Assembly (NCBI GenBank): GCA_038279365.1
Contig: JAYODI010000007.1
Span: forward strand, 74,726-134,116
Direction of reading: 5' to 3'
Length of the DNA stretch: 59,391 nucleotides
DNA from: Candidatus Latescibacterota bacterium
Lineage (GTDB): Bacteria > Latescibacterota > UBA2968
Notes under the pieces: generated by a model
Databases searched by the model: none
What the model was told of the DNA's origin: nothing
What the model saw: the letters and a program-made list of their open reading frames with translations, nothing else
In this document: positions 1 through 9,776 of the stretch, piece by piece
How positions within the stretch are numbered: position 1 is the first letter of the stretch
Layout: each line of letters opens with the position of its first letter
Position numbers and translations under genes: made by a program

Positions 1-1
1 T

Positions 2-412
2 GTCCCATACAATTTCATCACCTGCACGCTCCCAGCGTTTGCCAGCTTCTTTAAAGCGGCGACACGTTTCTTTAAATACGGCAAACGCCTCAGGATGCAC
101 CTCATCCAATACATTTTGTTCAATTTTTTTAATTTCCGCCTCAACCTCACCAATCTCATCCAACAAATCTGTGCGGTCATCATCACGCCCCAAAGCCTCC
201 AACTCATCGCGCAAGGAGTTGAGCTGTTCACGCGCGCTGGCAGTCGCATCCGATAAGCGCTTGCGAAACTCATCGGTCTTGCCTCTTAATAACTCGTCTG
301 ATAAACTTTGATATTCTAAAGCAAATCCATTGATTTGATCAACCAGCGGACGCATCTTTTTCACATCGCGGTCGTGTTTGGTGCCAAAAACTTTTGTTAA
401 GAAATTCATCAT
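2..412 (-). CDS. secA: Preprotein translocase SecA, N-terminal part (runs off the left edge)
   Basis: Not in the ORF track. Manual translation MMNFLTKVFGTKHDRDVKKMRPLVDQIN...LSDELLRGKTDEFRKRL...LDEVHPEAFAVFKETCRR matches the SecA N-terminus, with a helical insertion like that of FCB-group SecA. Confidence 0.92.
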   Translation of the reverse strand, partial: MMNFLTKVFGTKHDRDVKKMRPLVDQINGFALEYQSLSDELLRGKTDEFRKRLSDATASAREQLNSLRDELEALGRDDDRTDLLDEIGEVEAEIKKIEQNVLDEVHPEAFAVFKETCRRFKEAGKRWERAGDEIVWD

Positions 413-495
413 AGCCAAAATCCAATTCTTCGACGATTGTAGATCACGTAAAATTTATAAACAGATTTCAATTAAAATACGACAAATTATGACAA

Positions 496-1218
496 CTATT
501 TCCCAAGGGCAAGGCGATCTGCTAAAAAACTGGGCAACCCCACAGCCCGAATCTTTTTTTGTGCGGCCAACACATCGTAAGACACCCGATACAAACGAAG
601 GTTCCCACTTTCCTGATCCCACACAGCAAATGTCGCACGAGGATCACCGTCGCGGGGTTGTCCCACACTGCCAACATTGACCAAGTAACGCTCTGAATCA
701 CCTAAAAAAACATCCCCCTCAACAACCACATCCTGGCGCCCAGATGCCGAACAAATAAAGGCCCGGTGAGAATGGCCCACAAAACACAATGAATAGGGTG
801 TTTTGTGTAGCGCATCACGCCCATCTTCTAAGTCTGACAGATAAGTCCATCGATCAGGTTCAAACGGTGAGGCATGAACATACCGCACATCGCCTTCGTC
901 GCAAGTCAAGGAACAACTACGCAAAAAACGAACCTGTGCTTGTCCCAGTGTTTCTTCTGTCCACTGAATGGCCATAAGTGGAATCGGGTTAAAAAACTCC
1001 GTACTCATCAACCCCACCGATGCCCAATCATGATTACCAGCCAATACCACATCGGCCACATCTTGTATCACATCTACGCAGGCGTTTGGATCAGCACCAT
1101 ACCCTACCACATCCCCCAAACAAATCACGCGATCTATTTGCAGCTTGGCAACTTTTTCAAGCACCTGCAGCAGTGCTTCTAAATTGCCATGTATATCTGA
1201 AAGAATTGCCAAGCGCAT
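496..1218 (-). CDS. Calcineurin-like metallophosphoesterase family protein
   Basis: Motifs SDIHGN, GDVVGYG, GNHD, GHSH, NVGSVGQPRDG. Confidence 0.9.
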   Translation of the reverse strand: MRLAILSDIHGNLEALLQVLEKVAKLQIDRVICLGDVVGYGADPNACVDVIQDVADVVLAGNHDWASVGLMSTEFFNPIPLMAIQWTEETLGQAQVRFLRSCSLTCDEGDVRYVHASPFEPDRWTYLSDLEDGRDALHKTPYSLCFVGHSHRAFICSASGRQDVVVEGDVFLGDSERYLVNVGSVGQPRDGDPRATFAVWDQESGNLRLYRVSYDVLAAQKKIRAVGLPSFLADRLALGK

Positions 1219-1232
1219 GCAAAACCTATTAT

Positions 1233-1640
1233 CTATGATATCTTTTTAGATAAAGCGTCTAAAATACCGTTGATAAACTTCGAAGCTTTGGCTTCACTAT
1301 ATCGCTTAGCAAGTTCAATGGCCTCATCAATAGAAACCTTAACAGGAATATCCTTGAAATAATGCATTTCTGCAAGTGCCATGCGCAACAAAATCCGGTC
1401 TATGCGTGCCACCCGATCCAAAGACCAATTTTCTAATACGGGTTCTATCTCTTTGTCTAATGTCTCTCGATTTGCCCAAACCGCCTTAGCCAATGCTGAA
1501 GCAAACTCTGAAGCCGATGCCGATAACCCCGACCGAATACACATGGTGTGTACCGTTTGCTGAATGGGATCGTCTGCACTTTCTGTCCAATATAAAGCTT
1601 GCAGACAAACCTCGCGAGCCTTGTGCCGAGACTGGGTCAT
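1233..1640 (-). CDS. nusB: Transcription antitermination factor NusB
   Basis: [40 protein letters not shown]. The ATG at 1640 overlaps the ribH stop (ATGA); conserved ribH-nusB order. Confidence 0.95.
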   Translation of the reverse strand: MTQSRHKAREVCLQALYWTESADDPIQQTVHTMCIRSGLSASASEFASALAKAVWANRETLDKEIEPVLENWSLDRVARIDRILLRMALAEMHYFKDIPVKVSIDEAIELAKRYSEAKASKFINGILDALSKKIS

Positions 1641-2113
1641 GCGTCTTTTTCCCAACTGGCCAAAACACTTGCCATTTCAATCGCGCCCAATGCAGCATCC
1701 CAACCTTTGTTGCCCGCTTTAGTCCCCGCACGCTCAATGGCCTGCTCTATGGTATCGGTCGTTAAAATCCCAAACATGACCGGTACCCCCGATTCACGAG
1801 AAACACTTGCAATGCCTTTTGATACTTCGTTGCACACATAATCATAATGTGACGTACTGCCACGAATCACAGCTCCCAAACAAATTACGGCATCGTAGCG
1901 CCCACTGCTTGCCATCTTTTGTGCCAGCAAAGGAATTTCAAAGCTACCAGGCACCCAAGCCACATCAACGGCATCCAAATCACCATCGTGCCGTGCCAAA
2001 CAATCTAAGGCACCGCCCAACAGTTCCTTGGAAATAAACGCATTAAAACGCCCGACCACAATTGCAAATCGTTTATCTTTTGCAGACAAGTTACCTTCAT
2101 AAACATTAGGCAT
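1637..2113 (-). CDS. ribH: 6,7-dimethyl-8-ribityllumazine synthase
   Basis: [42 protein letters not shown]. Confidence 0.97.
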   Translation of the reverse strand: MPNVYEGNLSAKDKRFAIVVGRFNAFISKELLGGALDCLARHDGDLDAVDVAWVPGSFEIPLLAQKMASSGRYDAVICLGAVIRGSTSHYDYVCNEVSKGIASVSRESGVPVMFGILTTDTIEQAIERAGTKAGNKGWDAALGAIEMASVLASWEKDA

Positions 2114-3386
2114 TTTTTTCTCCTAACAAATCGCCATCTATTTTAAGTGCATTTTCTTTAAAAATATGCCCCATCTTTTCTTGTTTGGTACGCATATAGG
2201 TCAAATTCCATTTATTCACCTGAATGGCCACAGGCACACGATCGACAATTTCAATACCATAAGCTTCTAAACCCACGCGTTTTGAAGGATTGTTTGTAAT
2301 CAATCGGACCTTGCGAATACCCAAATCCGACAAAATTTGTGCTCCAATACCATAATCGCGCTCATCCATTTTAAAACCCAACTTTAAGTTGGCTTCAACC
2401 GTATCGTAGCCTTCCTCTTGCAATTTATACGCCCTTAATTTACCACGCAATCCAATGCCACGCCCTTCCTGACGCATATAAACCAATGCACCACGGCCTT
2501 CTTTTTCAATCATTTCTAAGGCCGAATGCAAATTCACCTCACAATCACAGCGCAAAGACCCCAGGGCATCTCCGGTTAAACACTCAGAATGCATACGCAC
2601 CATGACAGAACCATCACCCGATAAATCACCCTTTACCAATGCCACATGCTCACGCTCATCCACATCGCTTTCATACAAATGCAACTGGAACAAACCAAAA
2701 CGCGTTGGCATATCAACAACCTCAACACAGCGCACCAATTTTTCAGACCGACGACGATATGCAATCAAATCGTGAATGGTAATCACTTTTAAATTAAAAT
2801 GTTTGGCAATTTCTACCAGCTGAGGCAACCGCGCCATCGTGCCGTCTTCATTTAAAATTTCACACAACACACCTGCCGGATACAAACCTGCCAAACGCGC
2901 CAAATCAACCGTTGCCTCTGTATGTCCTGCTCGCCTTAAGACCCCACCCGGCATAGCACGCAAAGGAAACACATGCCCTGGGCGACCGAAACTTTCTGGA
3001 CGCGACTTAGGATCGACAAATTGCCGAATGGTTTCGGCGCGATCTTGGGCAGAAATGCCTGTTGTGGCACCATAAAGTGCATCAATGCTCACGGTAAAGG
3101 GTGTGCCATGCAAGGCCGTATTGGCATTGACCATCATATCCAATTCGAGCTCTTGCAAACGTTCTGGCATAGCAGGCAAACAAATCAAACCCCGTCCATG
3201 CCGAGCCATAAAATTGATGGTTTCGGCAGTGACTTTTTCGGCAGCCATAATGAAATCACCTTCATTTTCACGATCTTCATTATCGACCACAATCACAATC
3301 TTACCGGCTCGAATGTCTTCCAATGCATCTTCTATACGCGAAATATTTGCCGACAAATCATCTTTCACTTGCTCAGACATACCCAT
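2106..3386 (-). CDS. ribBA: Bifunctional DHBP synthase / GTP cyclohydrolase II
   Basis: [48 protein letters not shown]. Start placed at the ATG after AGAGGA. Confidence 0.96.
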   Translation of the reverse strand: MGMSEQVKDDLSANISRIEDALEDIRAGKIVIVVDNEDRENEGDFIMAAEKVTAETINFMARHGRGLICLPAMPERLQELELDMMVNANTALHGTPFTVSIDALYGATTGISAQDRAETIRQFVDPKSRPESFGRPGHVFPLRAMPGGVLRRAGHTEATVDLARLAGLYPAGVLCEILNEDGTMARLPQLVEIAKHFNLKVITIHDLIAYRRRSEKLVRCVEVVDMPTRFGLFQLHLYESDVDEREHVALVKGDLSGDGSVMVRMHSECLTGDALGSLRCDCEVNLHSALEMIEKEGRGALVYMRQEGRGIGLRGKLRAYKLQEEGYDTVEANLKLGFKMDERDYGIGAQILSDLGIRKVRLITNNPSKRVGLEAYGIEIVDRVPVAIQVNKWNLTYMRTKQEKMGHIFKENALKIDGDLLGEKNA

Positions 3387-3435
3387 ATCCTCTACACTGT
3401 ATCTTACATCCACTTACCGGATTTTATTTGTATTT

Positions 3436-4080
3436 CTACTGTTGTTCATATCCCATTTCTTTAATTTTTGCTTCTGTCAATCTACCATTATATCCAAATT
3501 GCGTCAAACGCTCTAAATAGCGTGCAATCATATCCACTTCCAAATTAACCAGATCTCCAATCCGTTTGTGGTGGAGCGTGGTTACAGATAAAGTATGTGG
3601 AATAATGGTTACTGAAAATGTGCGGGACGTCACAGAAACCACTGTTAAACTGATACCATTGATCGCAACAGAGCCTTTTTCTGCAACATAGGGCGCCAAT
3701 TTTTCGGGCATTTCTATCTCAAACACCACATTATCTGCCGATTCTGATCGACGAATCACTGTTCCAACCCCATCGATATGCCCAGACACCATATGACCAT
3801 CGAGACGATCGCCAAGTTTTAATGAGCGCTCCAAATTAATAGGCATTCCTATTTGCATCTTACCCAATGTGGTGCGTTTCAATGTTTCATCTACCGATTC
3901 AACCGTAAAACCCATCGCGTCAAAATCTACCACCGTATGACAGGCACCATCTAAGGAAATGCTGTCGCCCAATTTCACCCCATCCAAAACGCGCACAGCC
4001 GCAATGGTTGTCCGTTGATACCCCGAACGCCGCTCAATGCGTTGCACTTTTCCCACTTCTTCTACAATACCCGTAAACAT
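3436..4080 (-). CDS. ribE: Riboflavin synthase (alpha chain)
   Basis: MFTGIVEE start, GACHTV, GHMVSGHIDG, KGSVAINGISLTV, VNLEVD. Confidence 0.96.
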   Translation of the reverse strand: MFTGIVEEVGKVQRIERRSGYQRTTIAAVRVLDGVKLGDSISLDGACHTVVDFDAMGFTVESVDETLKRTTLGKMQIGMPINLERSLKLGDRLDGHMVSGHIDGVGTVIRRSESADNVVFEIEMPEKLAPYVAEKGSVAINGISLTVVSVTSRTFSVTIIPHTLSVTTLHHKRIGDLVNLEVDMIARYLERLTQFGYNGRLTEAKIKEMGYEQQ

Positions 4081-4113
4081 TTTTTTAGCTTTCTGTCACC
4101 TGATATCTCAAAA

Positions 4114-4767
4114 CTATTTTTTGAGATTTGCCGTATACATCAAGTCATCGCCCACACATTCTACTTGCACATCACAAAGTTGTATGGCATCGGCAATGCG
4201 CTGAAACCCCAAAGCGCCCACAGCGGGCAACCCAACACCCAATATTTTAGGCGCAATAAAAACAACCAACCGATCAACCACTTGGGCTTGCAAAGCCGAT
4301 GCAGCCACTTTGCTTCCCCCTTCAATTAACACAGTACGCACACCCACTTTTTTTGCCCGAACCAAGATCGCCCGAAAGTCAAGATGGCCGTTTGCCAGGC
4401 GCGCAACTTCCCAAACCTGTGCCCCGACATCTTCTCGTGCGCGAATCCGATCTTTTGAAACCCCTTCTGCCGCCACCAAAATAAGAGGCGCACCATTAAA
4501 AACTTTGGCTTCTGTGGCAATATCCAATTGCGAATCCAAAACAATTTTCGTTGGGCTGTTGCCTGTAACCAGTCGAACCGATAATTCTGGATCATCGGCA
4601 CGCACTGTGTTGGCCCCAACCAAAATCGCGTCCACCTGAGCACGCAACTGATGTCCCTTGGCCCGTGATGCTTCCGATGTGATCCACTTCGAATCACCTT
4701 GTGTGGTCGCAATACACCCATCTAAGGTTTGGGCCAACTTAAGTGTTACAAAGGGTTTTTCTGTCAT
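4114..4767 (-). CDS. ribD: RibD C-terminal pyrimidine reductase domain only (no deaminase domain)
   Basis: PFVTLKLAQTLDG, SKWITS, AILVGANTVRADDPELSVR, IEGG, APKILG. 217 aa, with no HAE/PCxxC deaminase motifs. Confidence 0.85.
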   Translation of the reverse strand: MTEKPFVTLKLAQTLDGCIATTQGDSKWITSEASRAKGHQLRAQVDAILVGANTVRADDPELSVRLVTGNSPTKIVLDSQLDIATEAKVFNGAPLILVAAEGVSKDRIRAREDVGAQVWEVARLANGHLDFRAILVRAKKVGVRTVLIEGGSKVAASALQAQVVDRLVVFIAPKILGVGLPAVGALGFQRIADAIQLCDVQVECVGDDLMYTANLKK

Positions 4768-6800
4768 TTCACATCAAAGGTCGTTTTGCCAACACCCACA
4801 TTGCCCATAACATCTTCAGACCGAATCACAAGTGTATAAGCCCCTACTTTCAAATTGGCAATTTGAAAATTGAGTTTTTCTTTTTGAGAGTCAAAAATGG
4901 AATCATCAGAAAAAACGATTTCCCAAGCCCCCGAATTGATCGCATACTTTGCCGAAACCAGCGCACTTTGCAGGTCTTCAATAACGCCAACCACCCCAAC
5001 TCTGCCAACGCCCAATTGATTCACCGAGGCGATCTTTATTGTTGGTGGCGTGTTATCAATAACCATTGGCAAACCCACCGCTTCACCCACAAGGGCTTTT
5101 GTCAAAGGGTTACTCCCACGATCCGACGCCACCACGCGCACCATCACCTCACCATCTGGCACCGTTTCAGTATCCCACAAAAACTGTGAACCCGTAACAT
5201 CTTCTTTGAGCACAAACCATTTGGCGCCCCCCACTTCACGAAATGAAACCGTATATAACAATTCATCGTCGTTCACATCACCTGCTTCCCAAACAATTTT
5301 TTGCAAACTTCGACGGTCGCGTTTGGGGTCGCCATCTTCATCTTGAACAACCTTCACAGACAGCACCATCGGTGCAACATTTTCTTGCAACCCCGCCAAA
5401 CGCACCTCTCTCACAGCAGGCGTAATTTGATCGGATGAAGATTTGAGATGCAAACGATATTGCAAAAAACGTGCTGGTTTGCTCATTATTTGTCCACCAG
5501 AGGCTTTGAGCGATTCTGACCAGACCGACCACGTGTCATCGGGCGTATCACTATTTCCCGATCGGGTTTGTAAAACCACCGATGTACCCGATTGCAATTG
5601 AGCCTGCCAGTGGGCTTGCCCCCAATATGACGTAAGAGTAAAATCTTTGACTTCTGAGGTCAAAGATCCTTCGGACACATAGTGCGTACCCAATTTGTAC
5701 AGTTGTCCATCACCACTGCTGCCCATCCACAAAGCCCCATCAGATGTAGGCAACACGGCCCAAGGATGAACATCCTTTAGCTGGGCCAATAAGGTATAAG
5801 TACCATCAGGCCAAATGCGATAAACGCGCCCTTTTTTTCCCGTCACCACCCGCAGTGAACCATCTGCATCGACCGTTACAGACAACAGCAAAGGATCGTC
5901 AATTTCCCACAAACGCAAAGCCGAGCCCGATGGTCGAATGGCATATAAAACCGACCCTTTACCGTCGCCATTGCCATTTTTCTTTTCATCAGAATGCCCC
6001 GCCATAGCAGCCGCATACACCATCCCATCTTGCCCCACCGCAATGGCATGCACTTCTTTTTCTCCTGCATCATAAAACACGGAAACGGTGCCATTGGGCA
6101 TCACTTTGTATATCAAACCGTTTTGATCCGTACCCGCATATAAAGAACCGTCTTGGCCCAAAGTCAAAGAAATGACATTGGGATCATTGCTTTGATAAAT
6201 CACCTCCGCATTGTTTTTGACAACCTTCACAATGCGCCCCACCTCGCCACCCGTAGTGGCATACAGTTTGTCTTGAACCCACAAAAGCGACCAGACATGC
6301 AAATCACCTGTTTGACAATACACTTCGGCAGGTTTGTTAGGCACAATGCGATAAATCAATCCATGAGGAGAAGTGCCAGCATAAAGTGCACCATCTGGCC
6401 CAACGGTCAGCGCAAAAATTTTTGTTTCTTCCTCGGCATCAAAAATAAGTGAAGGCGTCTTACTGCCTTCTTTCAAAGCATAAACACGCCCTTCAACACC
6501 CGTTCCCAAATAAATGTTTCCCTTACTATCAGAGGCAAGCGACCAGACAAAATGCGCGCCTGTATCCGCCATCAAATCCCATTTGGGAGCCAATGTAACG
6601 GTACCTTCTTTTGTCAACGAAAGCCCGTCAACCTCACCTTTTTCAAAAGCTATTTGTGAATTTTCTTTCCAAATGCGCGGTGTCACAGCTTCAACAACGT
6701 CTGTTCCCCCCAAAATTAAAAACAACATACCCACCAAAAACTTGTATTGAAACGAATGATTTATGGCAATGAACAAGCTATCTTTTTTGTTCACCCGCAT
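4764..6800 (-). CDS. Secreted beta-propeller plus fibronectin/Ig-like protein, partner of the S55 peptidase
   Basis: Hydrophobic N-terminal segment; repeated propeller blades (LYAGT..GLIY); RSGN..TPDDTWSVWS..ARFLQYR motif; overlaps both neighbours. Confidence 0.7.
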   Translation of the reverse strand: MRVNKKDSLFIAINHSFQYKFLVGMLFLILGGTDVVEAVTPRIWKENSQIAFEKGEVDGLSLTKEGTVTLAPKWDLMADTGAHFVWSLASDSKGNIYLGTGVEGRVYALKEGSKTPSLIFDAEEETKIFALTVGPDGALYAGTSPHGLIYRIVPNKPAEVYCQTGDLHVWSLLWVQDKLYATTGGEVGRIVKVVKNNAEVIYQSNDPNVISLTLGQDGSLYAGTDQNGLIYKVMPNGTVSVFYDAGEKEVHAIAVGQDGMVYAAAMAGHSDEKKNGNGDGKGSVLYAIRPSGSALRLWEIDDPLLLSVTVDADGSLRVVTGKKGRVYRIWPDGTYTLLAQLKDVHPWAVLPTSDGALWMGSSGDGQLYKLGTHYVSEGSLTSEVKDFTLTSYWGQAHWQAQLQSGTSVVLQTRSGNSDTPDDTWSVWSESLKASGGQIMSKPARFLQYRLHLKSSSDQITPAVREVRLAGLQENVAPMVLSVKVVQDEDGDPKRDRRSLQKIVWEAGDVNDDELLYTVSFREVGGAKWFVLKEDVTGSQFLWDTETVPDGEVMVRVVASDRGSNPLTKALVGEAVGLPMVIDNTPPTIKIASVNQLGVGRVGVVGVIEDLQSALVSAKYAINSGAWEIVFSDDSIFDSQKEKLNFQIANLKVGAYTLVIRSEDVMGNVGVGKTTFDVK

Positions 6801-8553
6801 TTCCTTTCCCAGTAAACATCATCCCATCATTTTCGCCACCAATATTGAGCAACACGGTTTGATTGCCCACCAAGACATAATCTGTTGCCTTCAACACCCG
6901 CCCCATCACCGTTTGACGCGCTTGCTGAACCACATCTGATTCTCGGGCTTGTGATAAAACCATTTTCACCGATTCAGGAAGCACACCCTCCTCATAGCCT
7001 GCAACCGTAACGGTCTGCTCGCCACTTAACAACTCCATAACCAAAACATCACTGCGACCAGGAGCAGCAACAAGTCGCAACACATCCTCTAAACGTTTGG
7101 CCTGATAAAGCCCTGGCGCACGTTTGGCATCTTCAGAACGTGAAGCATTTTCGCTCATCACCTGCAAAATGGCCCGCCCCTTTGCATAATGTGGAATTTT
7201 CAGCGAAACAGAAAACGTCTTTTCCACACCCAAAAGGGGGGCAAGCGTCACATCAACACGCAGTGTATCTCCTGGCTCATATTGATCTTGTAACAAACGC
7301 ACCTTTGAAATGCGTGCTGCTTGGGTATCTTCTTGAAGTGCCAACTTAAAAATGACGGAATCAACGCTTACAGGCTCAAATGCATTTTGCATAACCTGTG
7401 CCAAAGGCTGTGTCAAACCCAACACAGACAACCCAAGCCCTTGTAGTCCTGTAAACTTATTTTTTACCTGAACAGGTGCATGGCCTTTTATGTAAATGTT
7501 CACCATACCCTCAACCGTGGTTTCGCCCGATAATTTTTCGGCAGAAACAGCAGAGCTAACCACCGCCATACGTGCCAAAACAGGCCCCAACAATCGGCTT
7601 TGCAACACATCCATTTGAAATATTTTGTGAGAACCGGCAGAAGAAACTTCTATGCGCATGGGCATCATATTGGCTTTTTTGCCAATCACACCCGCAATGC
7701 CAGGCACCCGATCTTGTACAATAACCCCCATGGGTTGTGTGGCAACCCCCAACTTAAAAGACGACATTTGGCTCGACAAAATATGATGAATATATCCTGC
7801 CGTCATGGGCATTTCAGTTGTCCCCATAGACAACATTTCATGCCCGAACCCAACAATGCGATTCCCCACGCGATGCGTTAAAGTGCCTATGCCCGTCACG
7901 CTCATATCACCACGAATCAACTGGACGCCCAAGGGAGAGCCGGGTTCAAAAATACCCACAGCCAGTGTTGTATCTGCCCCTCCACCACCCTGCATCGGTA
8001 AAAAACCATATGTCATCAACTCTTCGCGAAACTCAGCAACAACTTGAGGCGCAAACCCCGACAACATCAAAGGCACAGCAACGGGTTTAACCGTGCCAAT
8101 TTCATCTAAGGCAAGTTGGTTGTGTTGATTCATTGACTCATAGGCCACTGTATCTGGACGATCAAATAAAGCGACCATATCACCAATGGGCGTGATCCCT
8201 GCAATCGGTTCATTCACAAAAACAGGTCCAATGGCATATCCCACAGCACCAATCAATTTGCCATCTATATAAACTGGGCTGCCACTCATACCTGCAATGA
8301 CACCCGTTTTGGCCAATGGGCCACCCGAAAGGCGTGCCAAAATCATGTCGCTTTTGGGGCCAAACACATTGCGAAGTATGCCTAAAATTTCGGCCTTAAA
8401 TGTATCAATTTGGGTGCCATAAAACACCGTTTTCCCAACCCCAACCATACCCCGCTGGATATCATCTACGGGCATATAGGGCTGAGCACCGGCTGTCCTT
8501 GCCAAGGAACACATAAATAATATGACAATACCTATTATAGATCGCTTAATCAT
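6778..8553 (-). CDS. SpoIVB peptidase S55 domain protein
   Basis: Signal peptide; GVIAGMSGSPVYIDGKLIGAV serine motif; GTLT..GFGH. Confidence 0.85.
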   Translation of the reverse strand: MIKRSIIGIVILFMCSLARTAGAQPYMPVDDIQRGMVGVGKTVFYGTQIDTFKAEILGILRNVFGPKSDMILARLSGGPLAKTGVIAGMSGSPVYIDGKLIGAVGYAIGPVFVNEPIAGITPIGDMVALFDRPDTVAYESMNQHNQLALDEIGTVKPVAVPLMLSGFAPQVVAEFREELMTYGFLPMQGGGGADTTLAVGIFEPGSPLGVQLIRGDMSVTGIGTLTHRVGNRIVGFGHEMLSMGTTEMPMTAGYIHHILSSQMSSFKLGVATQPMGVIVQDRVPGIAGVIGKKANMMPMRIEVSSAGSHKIFQMDVLQSRLLGPVLARMAVVSSAVSAEKLSGETTVEGMVNIYIKGHAPVQVKNKFTGLQGLGLSVLGLTQPLAQVMQNAFEPVSVDSVIFKLALQEDTQAARISKVRLLQDQYEPGDTLRVDVTLAPLLGVEKTFSVSLKIPHYAKGRAILQVMSENASRSEDAKRAPGLYQAKRLEDVLRLVAAPGRSDVLVMELLSGEQTVTVAGYEEGVLPESVKMVLSQARESDVVQQARQTVMGRVLKATDYVLVGNQTVLLNIGGENDGMMFTGKGNAGEQKR

Positions 8554-8652
8554 TGGCACCCAAAATCGTATATTTTAAGATCACAAAACCAGAGCATAAC
8601 AAACACCAAATAAAACCCTTACGTTCTGCCTTTGTCTTTTTGGTATCCCGTT

Positions 8653-8681
8653 ATTATACCGTTTTTTGCAGGAGTGAACAA
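8653..8681 (-). promoter_or_regulatory. Sigma-70-type promoter of the S55-rib operon
   Basis: Minus strand TTGTTC-17 nt-TATAAT. Confidence 0.6.
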
Positions 8682-8686
8682 GTCTC

Positions 8687-8715
8687 TTGTGAAAACCCTT
8701 AAAACTGCGTATAAT
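8687..8715 (+). promoter_or_regulatory. Sigma-70-type promoter of rlmH, predicting a leaderless mRNA
   Basis: TTGTGA-17 nt-TATAAT, then 6 nt to the ATG at 8722; no Shine-Dalgarno. Confidence 0.6.
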
Positions 8716-8721
8716 GGAACC

Positions 8722-9186
8722 ATGCAGCTTACTTTAATTACGGTTGGCAAGTGTAAAAATGCCGGTTTTCAAAAAGCCGCCCAAGATTATATGCAACGTA
8801 TTGGTCGTTATGCTTCTTTGCAAGAAATTCAAGTAAAAGAAGAAAAAACCTCCGGAAATGTCCAAGAGGTCATACTCAAAGAAGGCCAACGCCTGTTGCA
8901 GGCCGTACCTCAAAATACTATGATTATTGGGCTTGATCCGACAGGTACACCTTATACATCTGATGCACTTGCCCAAAAATTTGAGAAAATGGCTGTTAAT
9001 GGACAAAGTCGCGTAGCCTTTCTCATTGGCGGTGCATTTGGTTTATCATCAGAAGTGCAAAATCGCGCAGATTGGTGTCTCTCTCTCTCACAGATGACAT
9101 TTCCTCACGAAATGGCACGTGTTATTTTGCTTGAACAAATATATCGCATATTTACCATTATACGCGGTGAAAGTTATCACAAATAA
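8722..9186 (+). CDS. rlmH: 23S rRNA (pseudouridine-1915-N3)-methyltransferase
   Basis: ITVGK, FLIGGAFG, LSLSQMTFPHEMARVILLEQIYR, C-terminal YHK. Confidence 0.96.
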   Translation: MQLTLITVGKCKNAGFQKAAQDYMQRIGRYASLQEIQVKEEKTSGNVQEVILKEGQRLLQAVPQNTMIIGLDPTGTPYTSDALAQKFEKMAVNGQSRVAFLIGGAFGLSSEVQNRADWCLSLSQMTFPHEMARVILLEQIYRIFTIIRGESYHK

Positions 9187-9274
9187 AGCCACCAACACTC
9201 AAACCATCAGGACTCTTTTTGGATAAAAAAGAAAAATACCTGATTGCTCGACTGTTGATGGCTCAAATAAAATG

Positions 9275-9366
9275 GCCTGGGGGTCAGATTCTCGCACAGC
9301 CGGGGAGAGACGATTCCGCACCAAGGAATCCGGCTGCGTCGAGCCTGGTTTGCCCCCAGGCTTTTT
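9275..9366. other. Long imperfect hairpin: candidate structured RNA or complex terminator
   Basis: Nested stems GCCTGGGGG/CCCCCAGGC, CTCG/CGAG, CAGCCGG/CCGGCTG, ATTCC/GGAAT, followed by T5. Confidence 0.5.
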
Positions 9367-9776
9367 CTCATGGCATAAGAAATCTTATTGTGCTGGCGCT
9401 TTGCTAAGCCAACATAGAAGTATTTTTAATATGAAATATTAGGGGAGTTTCTGGTTGGAATGCAGGAGAAAACAACAATTTTGACGCACCGGTCAATGGG
9501 GAATCAACCGTTTACACCAAACAACAACCGGGGGGACCGATTGCTTTACTTCCCGAAACCGCCTTAAGATAAGCCATTGTTTTTGCTGAGTCAATAGTCC
9601 AATTAAAAAAAAAACCTGTGACCCAAAATTTATGCAAGATATTGTATCTTTGCGCCATACACACACATCAAAATGTGGGGTCCTAAAATATCCAGTGGCA
9701 AAAAACGACAACAGATCACCCACAAACTTCAGATACATGTTTAAAAACACACGCACCCACGCCCACTTCCCATGCC

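Noticed and set aside
2530-2552. Inactivated GTP cyclohydrolase II (CDCEVNL versus the usual CDCGxQL)
   Set aside because: All three Zn-binding cysteines and the other motifs are present, so the evidence is insufficient.
9169-9186. rlmH 3' end as an SCCmec-like attB integration site
   Set aside because: The resemblance follows from the conserved YHK-stop coding; I saw no recombinase or second direct repeat in the window.
9325-9361. c-di-GMP-I riboswitch (minus strand GGCAAACC...GACGCA)
   Set aside because: It lacks the GNRA-capped P2 stem and has no downstream gene on that strand.
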